Assembly: GCF_006345805.1 (NCBI RefSeq)
Contig: NC_042998.1
Location: forward strand, 145,638,001 to 145,702,000
Direction: 5' to 3'
Source of the DNA: Octopus sinensis
Taxonomy: Eukaryota
Length of the DNA stretch: 64,000 bases
This document shows positions 1 through 13,233 of this stretch, piece after piece; the stretch's first letter is position 1, and each line of letters begins with the position of its first letter. A program made the position numbers and the translations under genes. The notes beneath the pieces are model-generated. The model saw only the letters and a list, made by a program, of their open reading frames with translations, searched no databases and had not been told where the DNA came from.

Positions 1-262
1 TTGCGTAGGCCTCTGAGCAGGTATCGCCAAGCTTTTGGCAAAATTTGATGCAATTCTCTGCTCAACTTTCTGTCAAGGTCAATGCGACGATCACACACAT
101 TCTTTCCAAGCACTGCTGTAAACAGCGGGTGTGAGGTAGAATGTTAAAACTTAGTGCGCATGCACAGCATAGTTCAAGGTCAATCTGTGCCACGCGGCTT
201 CACTCTGCGTGCTTTAGCTTCGTAACAAGGCAAAAGTTCATTTACTTATTGATCGAATTATG
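1..262 (-). mobile_element. Mariner transposon 5' end (degenerate transposase N-terminus, 5' UTR and TIR-like end), cut by the window edge
   Basis: The minus strand of 1-70 reads (EQR)..CIKFCQKLGDTCSEAYA with a frameshift, matching the mariner N-terminal 'EQRxCIKFC' motif. A TIR-like end (..gatcaataagtaaatgaac on the minus strand) abuts a TA run at ~262. Confidence 0.7.
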
Positions 263-294
<32 letters not shown>

Positions 295-1410
295 TGCGCT
301 TGCGTATGCGTGCGTGCGTGTGTGTGTGTGTGCGTGTTACAAAGTGTAACTCACGATACCTTTAATGGAAGCCTTAGTTATAGCAAGTAAGATGAGTGCT
401 TCCTTGACCCACAGAACACTATCAGGTCTTCAGTGTTTGTACCGGATTCTTGTTCTCATTCGAAATTTCCACCAATATTCTTCGTTTTTGAAGATTTTCA
501 TACATTCTGGCGCTGATGCACCTTTCATATGACCATTAGATAATCTTTGTTATGGACAGCATTGTAAATTCCCTCTTTTTTTGCAGTATGGCATGTCTCA
601 TGAGTAGTAGTAAATTTTCTAGACATCTATCGTTTATGTGGATGTGATCTTCTATACTGGTACAGTGCAATCGTCATTTTCTGTCACACCGTAAAGCTTC
701 AGAGGCATGTTCATATCTGTTACTGATCAGTTATTTAAAAACTAACTCCTGTCCTTGAATTGCAGCAAAGGCTTATCATTTTTAGTGGATTGTGATGCTT
801 TATTACAGACACAACAGGTGACAAAGTAACCACACCTAAGTTTCTCTAAATAGAAAGGGTGTTTCTTCTCTAAGTAGGTTTGTCCGGCTACTCTTGGAAG
901 TATGTTTGTCCAGCTACACCAAGAATAACTCTATATTCAGAATTTTATACAGAAGTTCTTCTACACTCAATATGTTATTTTATCATTGACAATGCATTAT
1001 TGTCAATAAAACATTGACAATAATATATTATCACTTTTTTATTGAATATACTTAAATTCTTCTTTTAATGTGGGTGTTGTTTGAGGGATACAAAGTGACA
1101 CTGAAAACTTGTTTGGCCTATTGACCATAAGACCTCGTCATTGTCTCATCGGCTAACATAGATCCTGTCAATCTTATTGCTGAATGGGAAGTATTCCGTC
1201 TATTCTCCCAAACACACTGGAACTGCAAGGTGTTTTCATGTGTAATTTTATAATATGAGGACAGCTTTGACATTTCTATTTATTATGTACCTTATTATGA
1301 CAGATAGTAACAAATTAGCAACATAATTGCATGCACGATTCTTAAATAATAGCAACACTACTGTATGAACATTCCGAAATTCTGAAAAATGTGTTAGCAA
1401 TCTTCATTGG

Positions 1411-1454
<44 letters not shown>

Positions 1455-2162
1455 AGAGAGAGAGGGCGAGTCATTGATATTTACGATATTCTTTGTCTGG
1501 TCAATATTTCCTCAATTGATTACCAAATGATTATCATGTGATTTTCTCATTTAGTGATTTTGTAGCAACTGTCAGGAATGTTTCGTTGATTTTAGGAGAG
1601 ACCTTTAAACTACAATCACTCCGTTTAATTATTCTGCATTGTGGTCATACTGCTTATTGACTTTACTAAAGCACACCATTCCAGTGACTCCTGATATTTC
1701 CAGAGAAAGACATTTATAACCTTTCATGTTGTCAGTTCATGCTGCGATATGAAGTCTGTAGGTTAAATACAAAGTTACAGTTGACAGACAACTCCTCGTT
1801 CTCGTAGTTTCCCCTACGCCAGTAACTTTGTGATTTGCTATTTGCACTTCTTATCTAAACCCTTTGATACCAACCTACCTGAGTACGCCTTGTCCTATGA
1901 TGCCAATGTCCTGTTTTAAAGTAAACCTGCCATCAAAATTACATGTTATATTCCAAACAGTTTCATATTTACAAAGTCATTTTACTAAAATTCTTCACCC
2001 ATTTCAAAATAAATTGAAACAGAAATACGGTAACAAAGTACTTTTAAGAGTTATTAAGTTCCTTGTTTGTCCAAACTTTTAAAACTGCTGCTACTTGCTA
2101 CTACTACAATTATTGCTGCTACTGCTACACACACACGCACACACACACACACACGCACGCAT

Positions 2163-2231
<69 letters not shown>

Positions 2232-2232
<1 letters not shown>

Positions 2233-2390
2233 GAAGAGCTTCTTTCAGTTTCCCTCTACCAAATCCACTCACAAGGCTTTAGTCGGCCCGAGGCTATAGT
2301 AGAAAACACTGCTCAAAGTGCCACCTCTGTGACACTGAACCCAGAACCATGTAATTGGGAAGCAAGCATCTTACTACGCTCCTACACTTA
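2232..2390 (-). mobile_element. tRNA-derived SINE (CORE-like family), head and central part
   Basis: Reverse complement of the 5' half of the full copy at 22025-22438. Confidence 0.75.
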
Positions 2391-2522
2391 CATTAAATAC
2401 ACATACAAAACATATATATATATATACAAACATACACACTCAAACATAAACACAACACATGCATATATATATATTATATATATATACACTATAATATGTA
2501 TATGTATATATATGTATGTATG

Positions 2523-2576
<54 letters not shown>

Positions 2577-2728
2577 AAATAAATATAGAGAGTGGTCACT
2601 ATGTGGCTCACTCTAGCACTAGTAAATCCAAAAGGTTCAACCACAAAAATACATGTTTCCCATGAAAGTCAGTACGATTGTTAGCTCACACGAACAGGGC
2701 AAATAAAAAATAACAAAAATACAGATTA

Positions 2729-2809
2729 TTTTGGGACAATTGTTTCGCTATTAATGAATTAAATGTAATTTTACTCACAAAAAACTCACTTGTAGCTCCT
2801 CAGCCAAAA
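2729..2809 (-). ncRNA. Type I hammerhead ribozyme motif (left arm)
   Basis: Minus strand: ttttgg-CTGAGGA-gcta..(~42 nt)..tagc-GAAA-CAATTG-TC-ccaaaa. It has the full core, a 6-bp helix I, a G-C-closed helix II, a palindromic ACAATTGT helix III and a GUC site between 2735 and 2734. Confidence 0.85.
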
Positions 2810-3012
2810 ATATCTGGATGAAATCCACTCAATCACACGCCAGATTTTACCATAACGATAAACACGTGTGGTTCAATTGATTACATCCGACGTTATAATT
2901 CAAATGCCCCTACCATTGAATTATAACGTCGGATGTAATCAATTGAACCACACGTTGTATTTATCGTTATGGTAAAATCTGGCGTGTGATTGAGTGGATT
3001 TCATCCAGATAG

Positions 3013-3091
3013 TTTTGGCTGAGGAGCTACAAGTGAGTTTTTTGTGAGTAAAATTACATTAATTCATTAATAGCGAAACAATTGTCCAAAA
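3013..3091 (+). ncRNA. Type I hammerhead ribozyme motif (right arm)
   Basis: ttttgg-CTGAGGA(3019-3025)-gcta..tagc(3071-3074)-GAAA(3075-3078)-CAATTG-TC(3085-3086)-caaaa. One C is missing in helix I relative to the left arm. Confidence 0.8.
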
Positions 3092-3485
3092 TAATCTGTT
3101 TTTTGTTATTTTTTATTTGCCCTGTTCGTGTGAGCTAACAATCGTACTGACTTCATGGGAACATGTATTTTTGTGGTTGAAACCTTTTGGATTTACTAGT
3201 GCTAGAGTGAGCCACATAGTGACCACTTCTCTTATATTTATTTTGTATAAAATATTATAATATATTATAAAATATTATAATAATCCAGGTTTCTCGGGGC
3301 ACTACGCCACTTGGTGTCGAATAGGTATACTATTAAATTAGTATCTAATTCTCTCACCCTTATTTATTAATTATATATATATATATATATATTATACACA
3401 AACATATAGTTTTTATTAACGCTTCAAAATTATCACGGTTTCGTGATCTCGTTCATCGAACGGTTGCGATAAGTATACATGTTAA

Positions 3486-3525
<40 letters not shown>

Positions 3526-3683
3526 TGTGTGTGCGTGTGTGTGTAGGGAGAATTCACAAAAAAGAAAAGCAAAAGATGAAGACAGGTGTAGACAACAAAG
3601 AGATGTTTTAGTTTAACGCTCGGGAAGTGAAAAAGTCTAACATTTCGAGCCTACGCTCTTCCACAGAAAGGAACACAAACACA

Positions 3684-3857
3684 CATACATACATACATAC
3701 ATACATACATACATACATACATACATACATACATACATACATACAAACAAACATACATACATACATACATACATTCATACATATATACATACATACATAC
3801 ATACATACATACATACATACATACATACATACATACATACATACATACATACATACA
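3684..3857. repeat. (TACA)n microsatellite
   Basis: Direct reading; one of many such tracts. Confidence 0.95.
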
Positions 3858-4233
3858 TCCGATCGCTGAATTGTGTCACATTACTTGGGGGGGAAATGTC
3901 CATTACAATTAGCAGTGTATAAGATTTATTGAAACTGAATTTTTACCGTTCGACTTGAATTTCACGCCACAACGATCTTCTGCTGACATTGTGAGTGTGT
4001 GTGTGTTTTTGTGTGTGTGAGTGTGTGTCTGCGTGTGTGTGTGTGTTTTTGTGTGTGTGAGTGTGTGTCTGCGTGTGTGTGTGTGTGTGTGTGTTATGTG
4101 TGTGTGTGTGTGTGTGGGTGTGTGTGTGGGTGTGCATGATTCTGTGTTGACTTATATACAAAAACAATTTAACATTAAACTGAAGAATTACGCAATACTT
4201 TTTGTAGAGTACAGAAATGTATTACCATTCTTG

Positions 4234-4254
4234 AAAGAGTATAAATTGTGTGAA

Positions 4255-4300
<46 letters not shown>

Positions 4301-4321
4301 TTCACACAATTTATACTCTTT
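4234..4321. repeat. Short palindrome centred on (TA)n
   Basis: aaagagtataaattgtgtgaatgtgtgtg-(TA)n-cacacacacattcacacaatttatactcttt. The arms are identical except for one TG unit. Confidence 0.95.
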
Positions 4322-4399
4322 ATACATATATATATATACATATACATATATATATGTGTATATATATATGTATGTTTATATATATATATGCTATATATG

Positions 4400-4431
<32 letters not shown>

Positions 4432-4448
4432 TGCATATATATATATAT

Positions 4449-4494
<46 letters not shown>

Positions 4495-4582
4495 TATTAT
4501 ATAGTATGTATGTTGTATATGTGTGCGTGTATTTCAGTTTTTGTGCTTGCACACATAAATATATATTATATTATATACGTAC

Positions 4583-4617
<35 letters not shown>

Positions 4618-4794
4618 CGCGCGCATGCACGCACACTGTAATATCACAGTTATTATTGTTACTGTCTGCTGTATTATTCCAATCTAACTTTTACGATCAA
4701 TATTGATAACTAATGGTTATTTCTGTAGATAATAACGCTTCTATTGTTGCCGACTTTTGATCACAGTTTTCGTTTATGCAACTATCATTGTTCT

Positions 4795-4830
<36 letters not shown>

Positions 4831-5045
4831 GGAGGAGGAGGAGGAGGAGGATGTGATGGTGCTTATGATGACGACAATAACGATAGCGATGACGACGACC
4901 ATGACGACGACGACGACGTCGACGATGATAATGGTGACAATCATGAATATAATTAGGCAAAGTAGGAGAAGTAAAATGCTCTGGAGGAGGAGGAGGAGGA
5001 GGAGGAGGAGGATAATGGGGATGGGGCTGATGAGGATGACGATGC
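4795..5045. repeat. Compound GAT/GAG/GAC trinucleotide low-complexity tract
   Basis: Direct reading. Confidence 0.9.
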
Positions 5046-5378
5046 TGTTGACATCGTTACAAGAATCATCCTGTGTTCTTGTGTGAAAACCATGTCACAC
5101 AACAGATTTCTTTCAAAACATCTCCTGGCTTCCCAATCGACAGCAATTTCGTTTTATTAAGCTTCATAGTTTCCATGCTGGGTTCCTTGGTGATCATCTC
5201 TATTCTTCATGTTGTCACTGCTGCTGCTGCTGTCGCTGCTGTTGTTGTTCTTGTTGTTGTTGTCATAGCTTTTCATATTCCATTCTATAGAACACAGTTG
5301 TCGATTCTATATTGAGCGCCAACGTCAAGCATATTTTGGAAAGATGTTAGGGATAAGTAAAAGTAATATACACAAAAA

Positions 5379-5427
<49 letters not shown>

Positions 5428-5435
5428 TATTATTA

Positions 5436-5479
<44 letters not shown>

Positions 5480-7140
5480 CATTATTATTATTATTAGTAG
5501 TAGTATTAGTATTATTATCATCATCATTGTGGTGGTGGTGGTGACTATGAGGATGATGATGTGCAGTGACAACTAATCGTAAACTGAGATGACACAGATG
5601 ATTTGTTATAAATACATTACAGACAGAGGAGGACGGATGAAGGGGACGGAGGGAAGAAGGAGGAGGGGAAGAGAGAGAAGGGAAAATGGGAGGAGGGGAG
5701 AAGGAAGAGGAAGAGGAAGAAATAAAAAGTGATCGTCTGTGAGTAGAGGTAGAAAAATATTGAAGTACAGTGAATGAGTGAGAGGAAGGAGAGAGGGGAG
5801 ATAGAGGGAGTGGAGGAGGGAGGGAGAGAGGGAGAAGGAAGGAGAGCAATAAAAAGAATAGGAATTTAATTATAAATGAGAGAGAGAGAGAGAGGGGGAG
5901 AACATGAAAAGAATACAGGTGTAGAAATATGGAGAGATTGGAGGAGAGAGACAGACGGTAAAAACGAACGATATGTGTGGAAAGAGAGAAAAAGTAAAAG
6001 TGAAAGACAGAAGCAGAAAGACTGAGAGTGAGAGAGAGGACGTGCAATACTCGGAGTTATAAAAGAAAAATGCAGGTAAAAAGAAAATTGTGAAAGACAG
6101 CTCACAAGTTTCTTTGAGAATTGAAGGGATTTTAAAAGTAAATCATGAGGTTGGGGAGAAATTAAAAGTAGGTGCATGAGAGAAATTATTCCTAAATGGA
6201 TCTTCGTCAATTTCGACGGTGAGCATTCCAGTAGTTTGGTCAACTGAACTATTTCGTCATTGAATTACAATGTAAGTAACTGTGTATTCCACATATTCAT
6301 GGAATGCATAGGTACATTTAACAAATGAACACCCAGTGTCGAATTGTTTAATCCCTCTAACCTAGCGATTCGGCAAAAAGAGAACGATAGAACAAGTACC
6401 AGACTCGAAAAAAAAAGAAGATTAATAGGGCGTCGAAATAAATATGGGAGTAGATTATCGATTTGATCGACTAAACCCTTTAAGGTGGTGTCCCAGCATG
6501 GCCGCCGCTCGATGAGTGTAAACAACAAAAATAATAAAAGACTGGTTCAGTGTAAGAAACAATAGTACGAAACCGCTAATTTTTAGTCTCTACTAGCTTT
6601 GAAAGGAATACTGGCGAATCGTTCTCATTTCTGTTGCTAAGGTCATGTTTATCGCTAGGGAGAAGAAATGCATATCTATGGAAAAGAGAAACTCATTGCA
6701 GATGTCGGTTTTCTCTGGTGTATCAAATTGACTCTATAGAGAGGTCAGCTCTGTTGTCAATATCAACCTCATTGCTGGGTTCATCTCTGTTGAAGAGATA
6801 ACATAAGAGCAGTGGTAGTCTCAACGGAGATGCATCTTCGTTGGACGATTTATCATTGTTTTGCAGTTGAAGTTAATTTAGAAATAAAGATGCGGGGAAG
6901 ATGCTGGAGGACAGAATTCGTGTCTCTATTGCAACTGTTTAGTTTCTCCGTATTTTGTTACTATAGCGTGAATAATCGATAGAAAGAGAGAGAAGTGATG
7001 CGGGAGAGAAGTGATGGGAGAAAGAAGATGGAAAAGAGCGGGAAGAAGAAGAAAAGATAGGAAAGGGTAAGAGTAAAATATGTTTGTAGCTGGATATATG
7101 TAAGTGAATGAGAAAAAGAGAGGGCAAACAGGTAGAACCA

Positions 7141-7170
7141 GATAGATAGATAGATAGATAGATAGGTAGG

Positions 7171-7249
<79 letters not shown>

Positions 7250-7254
7250 GTAGG

Positions 7255-7327
<73 letters not shown>
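7141..7327. repeat. (GATA)n microsatellite
   Basis: Direct reading. Confidence 0.95.
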
Positions 7328-8743
7328 GGATAAAAGAGACAGGGAGATAAATAGACAAAGAGTTAAATAGACAAAGACAGAGAGACAGACAGAGAGATAG
7401 ATAGATACAGGGATAAATAAGCTTTCTTTCTCTCTCTCGATCTCTCCCTCTGTATTTGTCAATTTGACAGAGTCAGATCAGACAAAGAGAGCCAGACGGA
7501 CAGACAGATAGGCAGACAGACAAATAGGGGCAAATGGACAGGTAAAGAGACAGACTGGGATATATATATGTATGTATATATATGTAAGTATATATATATA
7601 TGTATATATATAAATCTTTATATATACATATAAAAGTAAATATCATTTATATATATATATATATATATAATATTTTATAATTATATACATAATTACATGT
7701 TAAAGACCCTATTACTACCTTAGCGTCTATTTCTTGCAGTACGTGGTGAGGCGTAAAGCCGATCCCTTGTTATAATTATGTATGTGATTATAAAATATTT
7801 TGTGAAATTTACTATATATATAGGTACACTTAAATGAAGATAAGGTAAGAGACAGAGTGACGTACAAACAAGAGACAATGGGAAAGAGAGACATGGAGAC
7901 AGAACGGGAGATAGAAAAAAATGAGGGAGAGAAAGGGAAGAGATAGCATGTACTCAGGAAGAATCTGCAAAACTAATAGAAAAATAGAAAATGAAAGACA
8001 GAGTGAAGGATCGACAGCGAATTGAAATGGAAGAAAGGAAGAGAAAGAGAATGAAAGGGAGTGAGAAATGGAGAACAAGAAAGAAAAAAGAGACAAACTG
8101 CAAATAGAGGAAAATAGAAGAAAAAAAGCAAAGTTTTCCTCGATCTTCTCCCTCCATAAATCGAGTGAATTTCATCTGCAGGTGTCAGTTGTATGCAATC
8201 ACAGGTTATTAATCTGAAGTGATTGATTAATAGACATCCTCGATTGAAACCTTAGATAACCGATATACTAAAAGTGGCATATTCCAGCTATGGTGTTACC
8301 AAACACACCACACCACCGCAAACATCTCTATGGCCGCTGTCATTTATACGGTCGTCATGACCTCCATTACGGAAAGACCGAAATTATCATCCGATACCAC
8401 GAACATCACTGGCCATATTGGCCTTTATATGACACACTTCTACTACTGCTACACCATCAACAACACAACGACATCATTACCAATACAATTCAACCCATTC
8501 ATTCTCACATACACACACAAATGCACGCTGCGGCAAAAAAATCTCATATTTAACATGGCAATTTATGTAGTGCGAGTGAAATTAAGCAGATGGTAACGAC
8601 TCTTTACGTAGCTAATATTTTACGGTTTTGTTTCAATTACCATTGTGGAAATTTGAACCAGTGCAAAATACGTGATTGCTGTTGAAACGTTTATCAGGAA
8701 CAGTGAACCTAGGCGAATTTTAATTGTCGCATCCTGTGCACAC

Positions 8744-8822
<79 letters not shown>

Positions 8823-8899
8823 TAGAGTAGTATAATTTTAACAAGTACATGTTTTAAATATTTTTAAAAAATTTAAACAGGGCAAGTTAAAAACAGGTC

Positions 8900-9900
8900 G
8901 ATGGTTAGTACTATTATCTAATATTTCAATATTTCAGGGTTAGGATCCCTTCTTCAGGAAATTTACGAAAAAAAGGTGTTGACAGCTGATGTCGCTACTC
9001 TCTAGTGTGTGTATAAAGGGTCTTTTTGTATTCCTATAGTATCGAATCAGCTGCGTGTAATTCAGATCCGTTATTAATCCCTAGGCTGTACTTGTTAATT
9101 TAAGTAGATTTTTCTGTTCTCAAGTTCCCAATGTTTCTCTCTGTAGCGTCAATGGAAACTTGGATCACTTAAGTGTGGCGTTTCCGTAGGTGTTTTTTGA
9201 CCGAAAAAGCATGTTCTCTAATTCGTAAGTGAATTTGTCTGATGGTATTTCCTATGTAGAATTGGTTACATTAGTTACACATGATTTTATACATTACGCA
9301 GGAACGCAGTCGCATGTTTGATCGACCAGTTGAGCAGTGTACATAAGGTGATGTTTTTGTCTTCACCTGGCTTTAGTTAGGACTCTCTTCGATGAAGGCA
9401 CGGAGTGTACCAGTCCAATATTCAATATCTCCTTACAGATTGCATGGTGGATTGCAGCAGTTGTTTTTCCGTTAAAACGTGACAATATCAGAAAACACTT
9501 AACTTGAATGTATGCGTTTTGTTATGTTTGTCTAATGATGCCCTGGTGCACAGTGAAAGTGTATAGACAGTCATTCTCCATCAAGACTTTCCGAAATTAT
9601 ATGGTGTTGGTGTTTTAGCTGTCTCACTGCATTTACTGCGTGCCAAGTGTGCCTTATTTCTAAGGTAGGCCATATTATCTCTGATGGGCAGAGATGAATT
9701 ATAATGTACAAATAGGTCCTTTATCCTGCTTTTCTGTAAAAGTTAGCAGAGAGGGATTCCTTTTTCTATGTTTTTGAGTAGAAAATCAATCAGAGATCAG
9801 GAAACAGTGTTATTGGGATATCCCACGTCAAATTTTGTATGTTCATCGATACTGTTGAATGGTCTGTATAGTTTTAATAGCCTCCTCGCGAAGGTTTCAA
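8900..9900 (-). mobile_element. Penelope-like retroelement 3' remnant (GIY-YIG endonuclease region and terminal segment)
   Basis: The minus strand of 9181-9300 translates CVMYKIMCN*CNQFYIGNTIRQIHLRIREHAFSVKKHLRK (the Y..YIG..R..EH pattern). KDLFVHYNSSLP lies upstream. Stops are present. Confidence 0.8.
8923..8962 (-). ncRNA. Candidate minimal type I hammerhead motif at the Penelope 3' end
   Basis: atttc-CTGAAGA-aggg atcctaa ccct-GAAA-TA-TT-gaaat. The core and helices I and II are present. Helix III is reduced to the palindrome ATAT and helix II closes with A-U. Confidence 0.45.
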
Positions 9901-10600
9901 GTAATGACTTGGAAATACTTGAGAGAAGCCATGTATGCATACATGATTGCATACATTCCTACAGACACTTGCATACACACTTATGTACAATCATATATAC
10001 AAATATATGCATACATGCGCACATACATGCATACATACATACATACATACTAACATGCATACATGCATATATATACATACGTACATAGACATGCACATCC
10101 ATTCATTCAATAGATGCGTATATTTCTATACCATGCATACACACACATCCAATCATACACATTTTCATACACACATGCATACACACATATGTATACTTAC
10201 AAACACCCAAATACATACTCATGTACATAAGTACCCGCATACGTAGATACACACACACATATCTATCCATATAAATATGGAAAAATACCTCAATGAAATG
10301 ATTCACCCTCAATTATCGAAATCTTCTATTTTTCATTGGTCCCTTGATCAAATATACCAACAATAAATAGATAAAATATACATATAAATATATATGTACA
10401 TAAATAAATAAATATATAAATCACTAAATTATCGTGTGAATGTATGCATGTGAACAAATCGAAAGTTTGAAAGGAATATTATTCAGACCTTTTGGGGGCG
10501 ATTCTCACTTAGGGTGCTATGTGTGAGAAAACATAGTACAGGTATACTTACATACGTGTGTGTGTGTGTGTGTGTGTACTATATATATATATATATATAT

Positions 10601-11844
10601 ATATGCACGTTGTTGCTTATCAGTTGCTTTTCCCTCTTTCTCTGCAATATAAAATTTGAGATAAATACCCATTAATTCGTAGAGGCGACAATCACATCGT
10701 TTCCTCTCTCACTGTGGCTACAACAGCCTTATCCACCGTATCAATAGCTAAAGCGTTTAGCATATGTCACTATGATTTGTATCGATATCAATAAATGGAA
10801 GATGATACGTACAACCGGGAACGTTAGAAGATTATTTTTTTCAATAGCAAAACGTTTTGCTCTGTAAAACGTCCCATTACTACTAAAGATGACAGAGTAA
10901 TCTCCGACTCCATCTATGTCCACCATATCGTTCCATCGTGTTTCTCATTCTTTCCATTCCCTTTTAATTAATTCATCTTTACCGCTCCTGGATCCTATAT
11001 TTATCCTCGAAGGCGAAGTTAAACGGTGAACGATAAGAGAGAAAATATGGCTTATTACAAACTGATATGTTTAAAGAAAGAAAGAAGTATGATGTAGGTA
11101 TCACACATGCTAAAACTCTTATCAGTGATATATTTGGATTTGTGCGTATATGCATGTATGTATGTATTATGTATGTATGTATGTATGTTGTATGTATGTA
11201 TGTATGTATGTATGTAATCATGTATGTAATCATGTATGTATGTTTGTATAATATATATATGCACGTTGTTGCTTATCAGTTGCTTTTCCCTCTTTCTCTG
11301 CAATATAAAATTTGAGATAAATACCCATTAATTCGTAGAGGCGACAATCACATCGTTTCCTCTCTCACTGTGGCTACAACAGCCTTATCCACCGTATCAA
11401 TAGCTAAAGCGTTTAGCATATGTCACTATGATTTGTATCGATATCAATAAATGGAAGATGATACGTACAACCGGGAACGTTAGAAGATTATTTTTTTCAA
11501 TAGCAAAACGTTTTGCTCTGTAAAACGTCCCATTACTACTAAAGATGACAGAGTAATCTCCGACTCCATCTATGTCCACCATATCGTTCCATCGTGTTTC
11601 TCATTCTTTCCATTCCCTTTTAATTAATTCATCTTTACCGCTCCTGGATCCTATATTTATCCTCGAAGGCGAAGTTAAACGGTGAACGATAAGAGAGAAA
11701 ATATGGCTTATTACAAACTGATATGTTTAAAGAAAGAAAGAAGTATGATGTAGGTATCACACATGCTAAAACTCTTATCAGTGATATATTTGGATTTGTG
11801 CGTATATGCATGTATGTATGTATGTATGTATGTATGTATGTATG

Positions 11845-11875
<31 letters not shown>

Positions 11876-11915
11876 TCATGTATGTAATCATGTATGTATG
11901 TTTGTATAAATATAT
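10601..11915. repeat. Tandem duplication, 656-bp period, two copies
   Basis: gcacgttgttgcttatcag starts at 10605 and 11261. The unique parts look identical and the differences lie in the (TATG)n tail. Confidence 0.95.
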
Positions 11916-11972
11916 ATATGTATGTATATATGCATGTACATATGTATGTATATATATATGTGTGTATATATG

Positions 11973-12003
<31 letters not shown>

Positions 12004-13193
12004 ATAGTATTGTTTTGTTATTGCTGTTGTCATTGTTGTTTTGCTCCATTTCAGCCCAGGTCAAGCAGTCCTATAGTCAAAGGTGTGCCACCAGTCAGTT
12101 TGGTAAACTGGTATGGCCGAACGGTCCACTTCGCAACAACGAGGTTCGAAGTTCGGTCCCACTGCATGATAAATTTTATTGCCTATACCCTTGGGTCAAC
12201 CCATGCCTTATAAGTGAAAATGTGAAATGGAAGATAAATAGAAGGCCCTTCGGTGGAGTGTACCTGTGATTCAAAAGTTGATAGCCTTGTTTCACACACT
12301 GTGTCACGTGGATTCTGCCTGATAATCATTTTATGGATGTAAGTACCTATGGAATACGCAGCCACTAAAATATTTCTTCAGGAGCAGGTAATTTAATTGA
12401 TTGAACAACTAAATTCTCATTGTCAGACGACGGAGATCCAACGTCATATTTTGAACTGTTCCATGAACCAATTTTTTCTTCCGTTCACAAGTCGGCATAA
12501 TTCATGAGGGATAGTTTGTTATAATTTCTTTAAGGCCGAGTGAACTATACAGTTTAGCAGACACTATTCAATACTGTACTGTATAGTTTCTATCAGGATT
12601 TGAACCCGGAACTACTGACGTATATTAATCTCGGCATAACATGTTGCTTCCCTATTATTAATGCCAATTAATGCAGATAAATTAGAAATAATGAGAAAAA
12701 CGTTTCTAGCATTTTATTCATTAGTGTATGATTATTTAATTAATATTGCTTATTACGATAATAATTATCAAAATTTGCGAAAATTTGATTATAGTCTACT
12801 TGAGGTACAAGAGCTATAGAATTAAGTTTTCACACTTAACTTAATGTGTGTGCATATATAAATACCCGATATTGTACACCTACGTTTGTATCTAAATTTA
12901 CATCTCTCTCTCGTTATCTATCAATCTATCTATCTCTATATTTCTTTCTTCCTTTCTCTGTCGTTCGTCGACGATAAACAAAGATTTCTGTAGGTAAATA
13001 GAGTTTAAGAAAATGCTTACATTTACGAATTTATTGTAAGTCTACGTGCTCTATTTTACTGTTATTTGATATACACAGATTGCTGTCTTTGAACTTCAAA
13101 AGATGAATAATAACTAAGAACATGTGTGTGTGTGTGTGTGTGTTAATGTATATACATACGTACATACATACATATATATGTATATCTATATAT

Positions 13194-13233
<40 letters not shown>

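Larger units (their letters stand above)
2574..3244. repeat. Long inverted repeat: ~330-bp arms with a 12-bp spacer
   Basis: 2574-2903 is the reverse complement of 2916-3244, with spacer atgcccctacca. The arms differ at about ten positions, mostly single-base indels in homopolymers. Confidence 0.97.

Noticed and set aside
1140-1260. NIDPVNLIAEWEVFRLF, faintly like a hAT transposase C-terminal region
   Set aside because: Too short, with no supporting motifs or TIRs.
10741-10926. 61-aa ORF MVDIDGVGDYSVIF.., duplicated at 11397-11582
   Set aside because: No recognisable domain or splice context. Its recurrence is due to the tandem duplication.
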